DNA of 64,000 bases from an uncultured Rhodobacterales bacterium. Lineage in GTDB: Bacteria > Pseudomonadota > Alphaproteobacteria > Rhodobacterales > Rhodobacteraceae. Positions 1 through 9,552 of this stretch are shown piece by piece. The stretch is from positions 10,159 to 74,158 of the forward strand of contig CAXBLK010000002.1 of assembly GCA_963976645.1 (NCBI GenBank), read 5' to 3'. Within the stretch, counting starts at the first letter, position 1, and each line of letters starts with the position of its first letter. The notes under the pieces are model-generated. The model was not told the DNA's origin, searched no databases, and saw only the letters and a list, made by a program, of their open reading frames with translations. The position numbers were made by a program, and so were the translations under genes.

Positions 1-352
1 AGCCGCCCGGCGTTTCGATGGCCCGCGCGAACAGGCGGCGGGCATTGAGCAGCAGATCGGGCTGACCGTCGACATCCTCTCCCAGATCGCGCAGCGCTTG
101 TATCAGGGTCGCATCGGGCAGCATTGCCCATTCGCCCAGCCGCTGAAACAGGCGGTTCTGCATCTCGCTGGCGGCGGCCTTGGTGTAGGTCAGGCACAGG
201 ATGCGTTGCGGCAGGGTGCCGCGCAGCAACAGGCGCGCCACGCGGTCGGTCAGCACCCTGGTCTTGCCGGACCCGGCATTGGCCGACAACCAGGTCGAGG
301 CTACCGGATCCGCCGCATCGACCTGCCGCATGGTGGCCTCATGCATCGTCAT
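1..352 (-). CDS. addA: Double-strand break repair helicase AddA, N-terminal part (runs off the window start)
   Basis: Minus-strand translation (MT)MHEATMRQVDAADPVASTWLSANAGSGKTRVLTDRVARLL...ILCLTYTKAAA: UvrD-like Walker A AxAGSGKT. Start (352 or 346) overlaps the addB stop. Not in the ORF track because it is truncated. Confidence 0.92.
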   Translation of the reverse strand, partial: MTMHEATMRQVDAADPVASTWLSANAGSGKTRVLTDRVARLLLRGTLPQRILCLTYTKAAASEMQNRLFQRLGEWAMLPDATLIQALRDLGEDVDGQPDLLLNARRLFARAIETPGG

Positions 353-3260
353 CACCCACCTTGATCGTGACCGCGTCATCAGTCGGTTGCCATTCACCGC
401 GGCGCGCCAGCGGGTGATAGTCGCTGCGCCAGCGTTCCTTTTCCACGGCACGCATGGCGGTGAATCCCTGCTCGGGCGACAAATAGGCCGACAACAGGGC
501 CGCCAGTTCGGCGCGGTGCCTGGCCAGTGATTCAGGCGACACATCCGCGTCCATGGTGCCGAATTTCGACCCAAGGCCGACATAGGCCGCCGCCGCAACC
601 GGCATCGCCCCCAGCGCGGCAAAGGCACCGTCCTCGACCATCAACGCCAACAGCACAAGCTGCTTGCTGAACGTCGTCTGCTGACTTTTGCTGGGCAACG
701 CGCCGGTCTTGTAGTCATAGATCACCGCTTGATTGTCCGGCGTGACATCGATGCGGTCCGGCTTGCCGATCAAGGTGAAGGCAGGGTCACGCAGCGACAG
801 CGCGGCTTTGCTTTCGGTTACCGAAGGGGTCCCCGCCAGCCCGGCATTCCACGCCATGAAGGCCGCGGCCGAGGGCTGGAGCCGCGCCAGCCAGTGCAGC
901 CGCACCGAATGCCACGGACATTCGCGCGTCAGAACCGCCTCGGCGACCTGCATGAAGGAGTCAACATCGCCGGGTGTTCCGGGTGGATGGCGCTGAACAT
1001 AGTCGTCCAGCACCTGATGCAGAACCGTGCCCCGCAACCGCGCATCGGCCTCGGGCGATAGCGGGTCAAGGCTGCGCAGGCGCAGGACGCTCTGTGCATA
1101 GATCTGATACGGATCGCGGATCAGCGTTTCGATCTGCGTAACCGCCAGTTCTCGGGGGCGCGCAGACGGCGGCGGCGCCGGTGCCGGGCGCGGGTTGCGC
1201 GCGGTCATGCGGGCTGGCAAATCGGCCTGATGGTTTTCATGGGCATCCGCCAGCGCCAGCCATTGCGCACCGCGCGCGCGCATCTGCGCCAATGCCTCTG
1301 GGCCGCTTTGCGCGGGCAGGCCGGCGATCAGGTTGGTCAGCCGGTTCAACCAGCGCGAAGGCACCGTTTCGGCATCGGCATCCCGCGTCGCACGAACCAG
1401 CATCACCTCGGCCCCGGCGACAGCAATCTGGAAATCATGCGCCGACAGGCCGACCTGTCGCTCAGGCAACAACAGGCCGGCGTCCAGCCGCATTTGCCGA
1501 TTGAACCACGGATCCGGTTGCGGGGCGCTGGGCCAGACCCCATCGTTGAGCCCACCCAGAACGATCAGATCGGCGCCCTGGGCCCGTGCCTCCAGCGTCC
1601 CCCAGATCATCACATGGGGATGTGCTTCAAGCCCTTCGCGCACTTCACGCCCGGCAAAAACCGTCTCTAACAACGCCGAATAGTCACCAATTGGCATCTC
1701 TCCGCCGCTGTCCGACACCTCAAGCAAGGCATCGAACATCGCCCGCGCCTGCCCCCCCGCTTCGGTCTTCCACAATTCGCCGGGCTCACCACCTTCGGGG
1801 CCGCGCGCCAGATGCTCGGCAAACGCCAGATGCGTCTCTAACCATGCCGATAGGGAGCGAATTGCCAGTCCGTCCGGCAGCGACATCGCCCGGATCAGCC
1901 ATGCCGCCCAGCCTTGGCGCGGCGGCTTGCCATCGGCCCAGTGCCGCAACGCCGCCGCGTCCGGATAGGGCAAGCCCTTGCGGCGCAAATACAACTCCAG
2001 ATCCCGCAGATGCAGCAGGTGGGCGCCGCGCCCGGATGCGCTATGCGTGATCGGATGCTTGAGCAGCGACACCAGGGCCTGGGCGGTCACGCCGCCGCGC
2101 ATCAGTTCCGCGATCTGGCGCAGGTAGCGGCCGGGCGCGGACAGCGAAAGAGGCCGCCCGGCGCTGTCATCGGGGCGGATGTGCCAACGGTCCAGAACCG
2201 CCGTGACGCGGCGCGCCAGGGTGCGGTCCGGCGTGATCAGCGCGGCCTTGCGCCCGTCCACCGCAGCCTGGCGCAGGGCCAGCGCAATGCTCAGCGCCTC
2301 TTGCCGCGGGCTGCCCGCTTCGACCAGCGTGATGCCGCGCGTGGGGGCCATCAGGTCGCCCAGCGCTGGGCCGTCGCGCAGCCACTGATCCGTCACCGGC
2401 GCTGGCCGCAGCGCCAGGGACACCAGCGCATTGCGTTGCTGCGGACCGGGGTCATCGTGCCACGGCCGGACATTCCCGGCCTTCAGCCCCAGCCCCCGCA
2501 ACAGCCGCGCGTAGCGAAATTGCGGATGATCCTCGCCGATCATCGGATCGCGCAGCCCGTCCCACAGGTCCTGCGGCATCGCAGTGTCAAGTCCGGGCAG
2601 CACGACCGCACCCTGCGGCAGCCCGGCGATCGCCTGCATCAACAGCGCGGACGGCCCGCGCGACCCGGAGGACCCGGCCAGGATGACCGGATGATCGGGC
2701 GGGGTATTCGCCCAATGATCGGCCAGCAGCGCAATCGACCGCCGCAAACGCCCCTGTCCGCCCGAGACCGGCCCGAAATGCTGGCCGATCAGCCGGATGA
2801 ATCGCAGCGACCGCGTCCAGTGTTCGGAATGATTGCTGACATCCAGGCGCTCCAGCACGGAAAGCGGAACCGCCTCGCCCTGCATTTCATCGAGCAGCCG
2901 GAACAGACCGTCCGCCAACGCATGGGCGGCGTTGCCGGGCGCCAGATCCGGCTCTCGGGCCAGCAGCGCCCGGATGGTCTGCGCCAGCGCCAGGCGCGTG
3001 CGCAGACCGGTGTCCGCTGCCTCGGCGCCCGCCAGATCGCCGATCAGCCGAAGGCGGGGCAAAAAGCCCTGGCCCTGACGGATGAGCGCCTCGCGCAGCC
3101 GGGCCTGCATCCGCGCGGTGTTCACAATCACCTCGACCCGCGCCATCGCCTCGGCCGGCCGGCCGGCCATGCGCGCGCGCAACCCATTGGCCAGAACCTG
3201 CGGGAAATCCGGGCCCGGGGGCACACCAAAAACACGGGGGGCGGAGGTTGGGTCAAACAT
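339..3260 (-). CDS. addB: Double-strand break repair protein AddB
   Basis: 973 aa. N-terminal VFGVPPGPDF, C-terminal PD-(D/E)xK nuclease region (LIGKPDRID...IYDYKTG), directly upstream of addA. Confidence 0.93.
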   Translation of the reverse strand: MFDPTSAPRVFGVPPGPDFPQVLANGLRARMAGRPAEAMARVEVIVNTARMQARLREALIRQGQGFLPRLRLIGDLAGAEAADTGLRTRLALAQTIRALLAREPDLAPGNAAHALADGLFRLLDEMQGEAVPLSVLERLDVSNHSEHWTRSLRFIRLIGQHFGPVSGGQGRLRRSIALLADHWANTPPDHPVILAGSSGSRGPSALLMQAIAGLPQGAVVLPGLDTAMPQDLWDGLRDPMIGEDHPQFRYARLLRGLGLKAGNVRPWHDDPGPQQRNALVSLALRPAPVTDQWLRDGPALGDLMAPTRGITLVEAGSPRQEALSIALALRQAAVDGRKAALITPDRTLARRVTAVLDRWHIRPDDSAGRPLSLSAPGRYLRQIAELMRGGVTAQALVSLLKHPITHSASGRGAHLLHLRDLELYLRRKGLPYPDAAALRHWADGKPPRQGWAAWLIRAMSLPDGLAIRSLSAWLETHLAFAEHLARGPEGGEPGELWKTEAGGQARAMFDALLEVSDSGGEMPIGDYSALLETVFAGREVREGLEAHPHVMIWGTLEARAQGADLIVLGGLNDGVWPSAPQPDPWFNRQMRLDAGLLLPERQVGLSAHDFQIAVAGAEVMLVRATRDADAETVPSRWLNRLTNLIAGLPAQSGPEALAQMRARGAQWLALADAHENHQADLPARMTARNPRPAPAPPPSARPRELAVTQIETLIRDPYQIYAQSVLRLRSLDPLSPEADARLRGTVLHQVLDDYVQRHPPGTPGDVDSFMQVAEAVLTRECPWHSVRLHWLARLQPSAAAFMAWNAGLAGTPSVTESKAALSLRDPAFTLIGKPDRIDVTPDNQAVIYDYKTGALPSKSQQTTFSKQLVLLALMVEDGAFAALGAMPVAAAAYVGLGSKFGTMDADVSPESLARHRAELAALLSAYLSPEQGFTAMRAVEKERWRSDYHPLARRGEWQPTDDAVTIKVGDDDA

Positions 3261-3717
3261 CGGGCACTTCTTTCAGACGGGCCTTCCACGCCGGATCATC
3301 GGCCAGCGCGGTCACGCTGCGCCCATGATCCAGAACGGTAAACCGCAATGTCAGAGCCTGTTTTGGACGATCCGCGCCCAGCCTTTCAGGCCATTCGACC
3401 AGGCACAGCGCGGATTCAAAGGCCTCGGTCAGGCCCAGTTCGACCGCTTCATCCGGGTGGGTCAGCCGGTAAAGATCCGCGTGCCAGATCTCGAACCCCG
3501 GCGCATCATAGGTTTGCACCAGCGTGAAGGTGGGCGACGGCACGTCCTCGGCCACGAAGCCCTGGATCAGGGCGCGCGCAAAATGGGTTTTCCCGGCGCC
3601 GATCTGCCCTTCAAGCAGCACGGTATCCCCGGCGCGCAGATGCGGCGCAAGGGCCCGCGCCAGGTTCGCGGTTGCGGCGGCATCCGGCAGGAAAAGGGGG
3701 GTGTTCAACTGCATCAT
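3253..3717 (-). CDS. tsaE: tRNA threonylcarbamoyladenosine biosynthesis ATPase TsaE
   Basis: 154 aa with LEGQIGAGKT, VPSPTFTLVQ, HADLYRL and VEWPER motifs. 8-bp overlap with the addB start. Confidence 0.95.
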   Translation of the reverse strand: MMQLNTPLFLPDAAATANLARALAPHLRAGDTVLLEGQIGAGKTHFARALIQGFVAEDVPSPTFTLVQTYDAPGFEIWHADLYRLTHPDEAVELGLTEAFESALCLVEWPERLGADRPKQALTLRFTVLDHGRSVTALADDPAWKARLKEVPDV

Positions 3718-3763
3718 GGCGCCAGACTAACGCCCGCGTGACCGGCCCGCCAGAGCCCGGGTG

Positions 3764-3793
3764 CTTGTGAAGCACGGGTCACGCCGCCATATA
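3764..3793 (+). promoter_or_regulatory. Putative RpoH (sigma32)-type promoter of hslVU
   Basis: CTTGTG-N16-GCCATAT(A) about 27 nt upstream of hslV resembles the alphaproteobacterial RpoH consensus CTTG(AA)-N15-17-CC(T)ATAT. hslVU is a classical heat-shock operon. Confidence 0.5.
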
Positions 3794-3819
3794 GGGTCCA
3801 GCAATGAAAAGGGGTTCGC

Positions 3820-4374
3820 ATGTCCGAACAGAAATTCCCCGGTTGGCACGGCACCACGATCCTGGCGGTTCGTCGGGGCGGCGAGGTTGTCGTGGCCGGT
3901 GACGGCCAGGTCAGCCTGGGGCAGACGGTAATCAAGGGGTCCGCGCGCAAGGTGCGCCGGATCGGAACGGGCCAGGATGTGGTTGTCGGCTTTGCCGGGT
4001 CCACCGCCGATGCGTTCACGCTGCTGGAGCGGCTGGAAAAGAAGCTTGAGGCCGCGCCGGGCCAGCTGGCCCGCGCCTGTGTGGAGCTGGCCAAGGATTG
4101 GCGCATGGACAAATACCTGCGCAATCTTGAGGCCATGCTGATTGTCACCGATGGCGCCGATCTGCTGGTGGTGACGGGCGCGGGTGACGTTCTGGAGCCC
4201 GAACATGACATTGCCGCCATCGGATCGGGCGGCAATTTCGCCCTGGCCGCCGCGCGCGGGCTGATGGAAACCGACCTGCCCGCCGATGATGTCGCCCGCA
4301 AGGCCATGGCCATCGCCGCCGATATCTGCGTCTACACGAATGGCAACCTGACGGTTGAACGGATCAAGAAATGA
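3820..4374 (+). CDS. hslV: ATP-dependent protease peptidase subunit HslV
   Basis: [11 protein letters not shown] (catalytic Thr), [24 protein letters not shown] and DICVYTN. Confidence 0.97.
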   Translation: MSEQKFPGWHGTTILAVRRGGEVVVAGDGQVSLGQTVIKGSARKVRRIGTGQDVVVGFAGSTADAFTLLERLEKKLEAAPGQLARACVELAKDWRMDKYLRNLEAMLIVTDGADLLVVTGAGDVLEPEHDIAAIGSGGNFALAAARGLMETDLPADDVARKAMAIAADICVYTNGNLTVERIKK

Positions 4375-5669
4375 CAGACCTGACCCCGCGCGAAATCGTA
4401 TCAGAACTGGATCGCTTCATCATCGGCCAGTCCGATGCCAAGCGCGCCGTGGCGGTGGCGCTGCGCAATCGGTGGCGGCGCAAGCAGCTGGACCCGGCGA
4501 TGCAGGAAGAGGTGTATCCGAAGAATATCCTGATGATCGGCCCCACCGGTGTCGGCAAGACTGAAATCAGCCGCCGGCTGGCGAAGCTGACCGGGGCGCC
4601 GTTCCTGAAGGTCGAGGCCACGAAATTCACCGAGGTCGGTTATGTGGGCCGGGACGTTGAACAGATCATCCGCGATCTGGTCGATGCGGCTATGATCATG
4701 ACACGCGACGACATGCGCGATCAGGTCCACGCGCGCGCGCAGGCCAACGCCGAGGAGCGCGTTCTGGATGCCATCGCCGGCAAGGATGCGCGCAGCGGCA
4801 CTCGCGATCTGTTTCGCAAGAAGCTGCTCGCCGGAGACCTGAACGATACCGTGATAGAGCTGGAAATCGCCGAAGCGGGCCCGTCGCTGCCGATGATGGA
4901 AATCCCCGGCATGCAGGCGCAGGGCATGAACCTGGGCGACCTGTTCGGCAAAGCGTTTGGCGGGCGCACGGTGAAAAAGCGCCTGACCGTGGCCGAAAGC
5001 CATGATTTGCTGATCAGCGAAGAGGCCGACAAGCTGCTGGACGAGGACGCCGTGAAAGCCGCCACGCTGGAGGCGGTGGAGCAAAACGGCATCGTGTTCC
5101 TGGACGAGATCGACAAGGTTTGCGCCCGCGCCGAAACACGCGGGGCCGATGTCAGCCGCGAAGGCGTGCAGCGCGACCTGCTGCCGCTGATCGAGGGGAC
5201 GACCGTGTCCACCAAGCATGGGGCGGTGAAAACCGATCATATTCTGTTCATCGCCTCGGGCGCGTTTCATGTGGCCAAGCCGTCGGACCTGCTGCCCGAA
5301 TTGCAGGGGCGCCTGCCGATCCGGGTGGAATTGCGCGCACTGACCGAAGACGATTTCGTGCGCATCCTGACGGAAACCGACAACGCGCTGACCCGGCAAT
5401 ACGCGGCGCTGATGGGGACAGAGGAAGTCGAGGTGACCTTTACCGAGGATGGCATCCGCGCGCTTGCCCGGATTGCCGCCGAGGTGAACCGCACGGTCGA
5501 AAATATCGGTGCGCGGCGGCTTTACACCGTGCTGGAGCGGGTGTTCGAGGAATTGTCCTTTGCCGCGCCTGACCGCGCCGGGCAGGCGGTGACGGTTGAT
5601 GCCGATTACGTGGAGCACAGCATCGGCGATCTGAGCCGCTCGGCCGATCTGAGCCGGTATGTGCTGTGA
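4371..5669 (+). CDS. hslU: ATP-dependent protease ATPase subunit HslU
   Basis: [48 protein letters not shown] and [12 protein letters not shown] overlap with hslV. Confidence 0.97.
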   Translation: MTDLTPREIVSELDRFIIGQSDAKRAVAVALRNRWRRKQLDPAMQEEVYPKNILMIGPTGVGKTEISRRLAKLTGAPFLKVEATKFTEVGYVGRDVEQIIRDLVDAAMIMTRDDMRDQVHARAQANAEERVLDAIAGKDARSGTRDLFRKKLLAGDLNDTVIELEIAEAGPSLPMMEIPGMQAQGMNLGDLFGKAFGGRTVKKRLTVAESHDLLISEEADKLLDEDAVKAATLEAVEQNGIVFLDEIDKVCARAETRGADVSREGVQRDLLPLIEGTTVSTKHGAVKTDHILFIASGAFHVAKPSDLLPELQGRLPIRVELRALTEDDFVRILTETDNALTRQYAALMGTEEVEVTFTEDGIRALARIAAEVNRTVENIGARRLYTVLERVFEELSFAAPDRAGQAVTVDADYVEHSIGDLSRSADLSRYVL

Positions 5670-5681
5670 TCGAACAGGGAT

Positions 5682-5704
5682 GGTGGGTTGAAAACCCACC
5701 CTAC
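5682..5704 (-). repeat. GTAG-type REP palindrome, copy 1
   Basis: Minus strand reads GTAG-GGTGGGTT-TTC-AACCCACC. Same architecture as the copies at 14601 and 45045. Confidence 0.75.
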
Positions 5705-5722
5705 CCGTTTGGGTTGGGGCGC

Positions 5723-5790
5723 AAAGAGGGGCGCTGCCCCCTCTTTCGCTGCGCGAAATTCACCCCCGGAGTATTTCGGGCAAGATGAAG
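5723..5790 (+). repeat. Double-hairpin intergenic repeat (family B), copy 1
   Basis: AGAGGGGCGCTGCCCCCTC - TTTCGC/GCGAAA hairpin - CCCCCGGAGTATTTCGGGCAAGATGAAG. Homologous to 49765-49823 and 60704-60766. Confidence 0.75.
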
Positions 5791-5795
5791 TCGTG

Positions 5796-6224
5796 TCAGG
5801 GCAAAGCCAGATGCGGCTGAAGCCTCTCGCGCACCGCGTCCGGCATGGGCGCGGATTTGCGCGTGTTGGGGTCGAAGAACACTTCGGTCAGGTCATAGGT
5901 GGCGTGCAAGTCCCCGGTCACGGCATGGATCATCCGCAGGTGGAAAGTCGCGCTGCGCCCGCCCAGCCGGCTGACGGCGCCATCGATGATGAACCCGTCG
6001 CCGGCCACCAGTTCCTCGATGAAATTGGTTTCTGCCTTGGCGGAAACGACATGCACGCGGTGCTCGGACATCATCCAGTCTATGGGGATGTTGAATGCCG
6101 TATACATGAAGAACGACGCATCATCGAAGAACGGCGCGTAATGGCGCACGTTCATGTGGCCGAAAATGTCATGGTGCCATGGGTGCACCACGCCGCGCAG
6201 AAGTTCGGGGCGGGAGTCAGGCAT
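5796..6224 (-). CDS. Acyl-CoA thioesterase (4HBT / hotdog fold)
   Basis: VHPWHHDIFGHMNVRHY (D-x-x-GH-M/V-N motif). Start at 6224 overlaps the upstream stop (ATGCCTGA). Confidence 0.8.
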   Translation of the reverse strand: MPDSRPELLRGVVHPWHHDIFGHMNVRHYAPFFDDASFFMYTAFNIPIDWMMSEHRVHVVSAKAETNFIEELVAGDGFIIDGAVSRLGGRSATFHLRMIHAVTGDLHATYDLTEVFFDPNTRKSAPMPDAVRERLQPHLALP

Positions 6225-7014
6225 TGAGTTCGCGTCCTTCGACATAGTGGCCATAGATCGTGGTCATGATGGAAATGCCGAACATTGACGAGACCCACTG
6301 AACAGCGATCTGAAAGGCAATGCCCAAGATGGGCGCGGTTCCGGCCAGAAGGCCAAGCGGCAGCGTCAGGACGACCGACGCGACAATCGTCACCAGCGCC
6401 AGCGCCAGCATGGTGCCGCTGGCGCCACGGGTGGCGTTCCATGCCTGGCCTATGCTCAGGCGTTCGCCGATTGCGGCCGAGGGCAGGATGGGTGAGATTC
6501 GGTAGAAAATGATGATGATGGGCGCATAGATCAGCAGGCCGGAGAGAATGAGCACCAGGAGGGGGGGAAGGCCGGTCACGGCGAACACCGCGACGATCAT
6601 GCCGCCGACAAAGCCGAAAAGCAGCACCGCGCCGAAAATTGCCAGGGACAGAATGAGCCCTGAAATCAGATACCGCATGATCGCGCCGCCGTTGAACTGC
6701 GGGCCCAGCGCGCCGGGATGTTCCTCGAGCAGGATAAACCTGTGCCAGGCGGTGGCTGTCCACAGCAAGGCGATGACTCCGCCGATAAAGGCAACGGGAA
6801 AGAACGACCAGAATCCTTCTGGAACCTGCGACATCTGACCCGCGGGCATGGCGCTGCCCCATTCGGCCATCACGAATGTGGTGCCGAACCGAGAGATCAT
6901 CCAAAGGGTCATCAACACGATCCAGACCAGTGCCGGGATGGTGATACGGATGGCGGACCCCAGATTGCCGAAGATCATGCGCAAGGAATGAAGAAACAAC
7001 TGAACCCCCAGCAT
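6217..7014 (-). CDS. Hypothetical multi-pass membrane protein (~6 TM, 265 aa)
   Basis: [24 protein letters not shown]... with several long hydrophobic segments. The longer 498-aa ORF-track version overlaps argG antisense and is unlikely. Confidence 0.75.
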   Translation of the reverse strand: MLGVQLFLHSLRMIFGNLGSAIRITIPALVWIVLMTLWMISRFGTTFVMAEWGSAMPAGQMSQVPEGFWSFFPVAFIGGVIALLWTATAWHRFILLEEHPGALGPQFNGGAIMRYLISGLILSLAIFGAVLLFGFVGGMIVAVFAVTGLPPLLVLILSGLLIYAPIIIIFYRISPILPSAAIGERLSIGQAWNATRGASGTMLALALVTIVASVVLTLPLGLLAGTAPILGIAFQIAVQWVSSMFGISIMTTIYGHYVEGRELNA

Positions 7015-7149
7015 CGGGAACCTCCTGCGCCCTGTGGTCAATACGGCATTGTTCGGGTGTGCGGCGGGGTTGTCAATCGCCGCCGGGTGTTGCGCCCGGC
7101 GGGTAAAGGCGGTAGCCAAAGCGCGATTTATTCCATGGGAGTTTTCCAC

Positions 7150-8382
7150 ATGTCTGCGCCCAAGAAAGTTGTGCTGGCTTATTCCGGCGGGCTTGATACC
7201 TCGATCATTCTGAAATGGCTGCAAACCGAATACGGGTGCGAAGTCATCACTTATACCGCCGATCTGGGCCAGGGCGAGGAGCTGGAGCCCGCGCGCCGCA
7301 AAGCCGAATTGCTGGGCATCAAGCCCGAGAACATTCACATCCTGGACGCGCGGGAAGAGTTTGTGCGCGACTACGTGTTCCCGATGTTCCGCGCCAATGC
7401 GCTTTATGAGGGGCTGTATCTGCTGGGCACCTCGATTGCGCGGCCGTTGATCTCCAAGCATCTGGTGCAGATCGCGCATGAGCATGGCGCGGATGCGGTG
7501 GCGCACGGGGCGACCGGCAAGGGCAACGATCAGGTGCGGTTCGAACTGGCCGCCTATGCGCTGGATCCATCGATCCGGGTGATTGCCCCGTGGCGCGAGT
7601 GGGATCTGACCAGCCGCACCAAGCTGCTGGAATTCGCCGAGGCAAACCAGATCCCGATTGCCAAGGACAAGCGCGGTGAGGCGCCGTTCTCGGTGGATGC
7701 GAACCTGCTGCACACCTCAAGCGAGGGCAAGGTGCTGGAAGATCCGGCGGATGAAGCGCCCGATTACGTCTATCAGCGCACCGTGAACCCCGAGGATGCG
7801 CCGGATCAGCCCGAGATGGTCGAGATCGAATTCGAGCGCGGCGATCCGGTGGCGATCAATGGCGAGCGGATGACCCCGGCGGGCATTCTGACCAGGCTGA
7901 ACGAACTGGGCGGAAAGCATGGCGTGGGCCGGTTGGATCTGGTTGAGAACCGCTTTGTCGGCATGAAATCGCGCGGGGTCTATGAAACGCCGGGCGGCAC
8001 CGTGCTGTTGGAGGCGCATCGCGGGATCGAGCAGATCACGCTGGATTCAGGTGCCGGCCACCTGAAGGATTCGATCATGCCGCGCTATGCCGAGCTGATC
8101 TATAACGGATTCTGGTTCAGTCCTGAGCGGGAAATGCTGCAAGCCCTGATCGACAAATCGCAAGAGCATGTCACCGGAACCGTGCGGGTGAAGCTTTACA
8201 AAGGGTCGGTGCGGACGGTGGCGCGCTGGTCCGAGCATTCGCTTTATTCCGAGGCGCATGTGACGTTTGAAGAAGACGCAGGCGCCTATGACCAGAAGGA
8301 TGCGGCAGGTTTCATCCGGCTGAACGCGCTGCGCCTGAAGTTGCTGGCTACGCGCAACGCGCGGGTGGCTGACAAGGGCTGA
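7150..8382 (+). CDS. argG: Argininosuccinate synthase
   Basis: [37 protein letters not shown] and [17 protein letters not shown]. Confidence 0.98.
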   Translation: MSAPKKVVLAYSGGLDTSIILKWLQTEYGCEVITYTADLGQGEELEPARRKAELLGIKPENIHILDAREEFVRDYVFPMFRANALYEGLYLLGTSIARPLISKHLVQIAHEHGADAVAHGATGKGNDQVRFELAAYALDPSIRVIAPWREWDLTSRTKLLEFAEANQIPIAKDKRGEAPFSVDANLLHTSSEGKVLEDPADEAPDYVYQRTVNPEDAPDQPEMVEIEFERGDPVAINGERMTPAGILTRLNELGGKHGVGRLDLVENRFVGMKSRGVYETPGGTVLLEAHRGIEQITLDSGAGHLKDSIMPRYAELIYNGFWFSPEREMLQALIDKSQEHVTGTVRVKLYKGSVRTVARWSEHSLYSEAHVTFEEDAGAYDQKDAAGFIRLNALRLKLLATRNARVADKG

Positions 8383-8410
8383 GCGCCCCCGTCGCAAGGG
8401 TCAGGACACC

Positions 8411-8437
8411 GGGTCGCGGAAACGCGGCCCGTTTTTT
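8411..8437 (+). terminator. Rho-independent terminator of argG
   Basis: GGGTCGCG-GAAA-CGCGGCCC stem-loop followed by GTTTTTT, 28 nt after the argG stop. Confidence 0.75.
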
Positions 8438-8585
8438 ACATCATGATCGCGAAAATGCCGATCCACAGGACAGAGCCGATCAGAACGGCCAGCGCGATTC
8501 CGGTGCCGGCGGGCAGATGGATGGATTCGCCCCGTTCGGCACGGCCCGTGTCCATCAGTTCGGCGGTTTTGACCTGCGTGTTCAT
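8436..8585 (-). CDS. Small 49-aa single-pass membrane protein (not in the ORF track)
   Basis: MNTQVKTAELMDTGRAERGESIHLPAGTGIALAVLIGSVLWIGIFAIMM-stop. AAGGGA RBS-like sequence just upstream, GC3-rich codons, C-terminal hydrophobic helix, fills the gap between argG and the ribokinase. Confidence 0.6.
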   Translation of the reverse strand: MNTQVKTAELMDTGRAERGESIHLPAGTGIALAVLIGSVLWIGIFAIMM

Positions 8586-8676
8586 GGCGTCCCTTTCGAT
8601 CCAACCGGGCCAGTCTGGGCCCAGGTTCTGAAAGAACCCTTAATCGGGGCAGAAGAAAGGCGAGGATGCGGCGAAA

Positions 8677-9552
8677 TTACCGCGCAGCCAGAAAGGCGCC
8701 GATCTGATCGCTGTCCGGCATGGCGGCGGCAGCGCCCGGTCTGGTCACCTGAAGCGCGGCGGCGGCGGCGGCCAGCGTCAGGGAACGGTGCGCCGTGTGG
8801 CCCTGATCGAGCGCGGCGGCCAGAACGCCGGCAAAACAGTCGCCCGCGCCTGTGGTATCGATAGGCTTGACCGAAAAGGCCGGCACGAAAATCGGATCGG
8901 CGCCGCCGGTGATCCATTCGGCGCCGCGCGCACCGTGGGTGACGATCACGGCCTCGACGGGTTGATCGGCCAGGGCGATCCCGGTGGCGTCAATCAGCGC
9001 CTTCGCTTCCCCGGCGTTGACCAGAAGATGCGTGACATGCGGCAACACCGCCTTCAGCGGCTCCAACGCGAAGGGCGCGGCGGAATAGAAGACGCGCATC
9101 GCCCGGGCGCGGGCTGTCGCGGCGGCCACGGCCTGATGCGAGGTTTCATTTTGCAACAAGAGCGTGTCATCTGGCACTGCCTGCGCCAGTGTCTGCGCGA
9201 TCAGGTCCGGCGATTGCGCCAGATTGGCGCCGGAATAGATGATGATCTGGTTCTCGCCCCGCGCATCGACCGCCACAATTGCGTGGCCCGTCGGCTGCGC
9301 GACCCGCGCGATCGCATCCAGCGCCACGCCGTGCCGCACAAGCTGATCCTCGACCCAGGCATCGCCCTGCCCGATGGCACCGATATGCACCACCCGTGAC
9401 CCGGCGCGCAGCGCGGCGATGGACTGGTTCACGCCCTTGCCGCCCAGGCCCTGCGAAAACCCGTGCGCCGAGAGGGTTTCACCCGGCGCGGGCAGCGTGT
9501 CCATCCGGTAGACATTGTCGCAATTGATCGAGCCCAGGCAGAAGACGGTCAT
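8677..9552 (-). CDS. rbsK: Ribokinase / PfkB-family carbohydrate kinase
   Basis: LGSINCD, GGKGVNQ, PTGHA and DTTGAGDCF PfkB signatures. The substrate is not certain. Confidence 0.8.
   Translation of the reverse strand: MTVFCLGSINCDNVYRMDTLPAPGETLSAHGFSQGLGGKGVNQSIAALRAGSRVVHIGAIGQGDAWVEDQLVRHGVALDAIARVAQPTGHAIVAVDARGENQIIIYSGANLAQSPDLIAQTLAQAVPDDTLLLQNETSHQAVAAATARARAMRVFYSAAPFALEPLKAVLPHVTHLLVNAGEAKALIDATGIALADQPVEAVIVTHGARGAEWITGGADPIFVPAFSVKPIDTTGAGDCFAGVLAAALDQGHTAHRSLTLAAAAAALQVTRPGAAAAMPDSDQIGAFLAAR

Noticed and set aside
6718-7149. N-terminal extension of ArgG (554-aa ORF) and the 498-aa version of the membrane protein
   Set aside because: Each extension overlaps the other divergent gene. 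Homology starts at MSAPKK (7150), and the membrane protein most plausibly starts at 7014.
8401-8604. 67-aa ORF-track call MDRKGRHEH...
   Set aside because: Wrong frame. The 49-aa frame at 8436-8585 has an RBS, typical codons and a TM helix.
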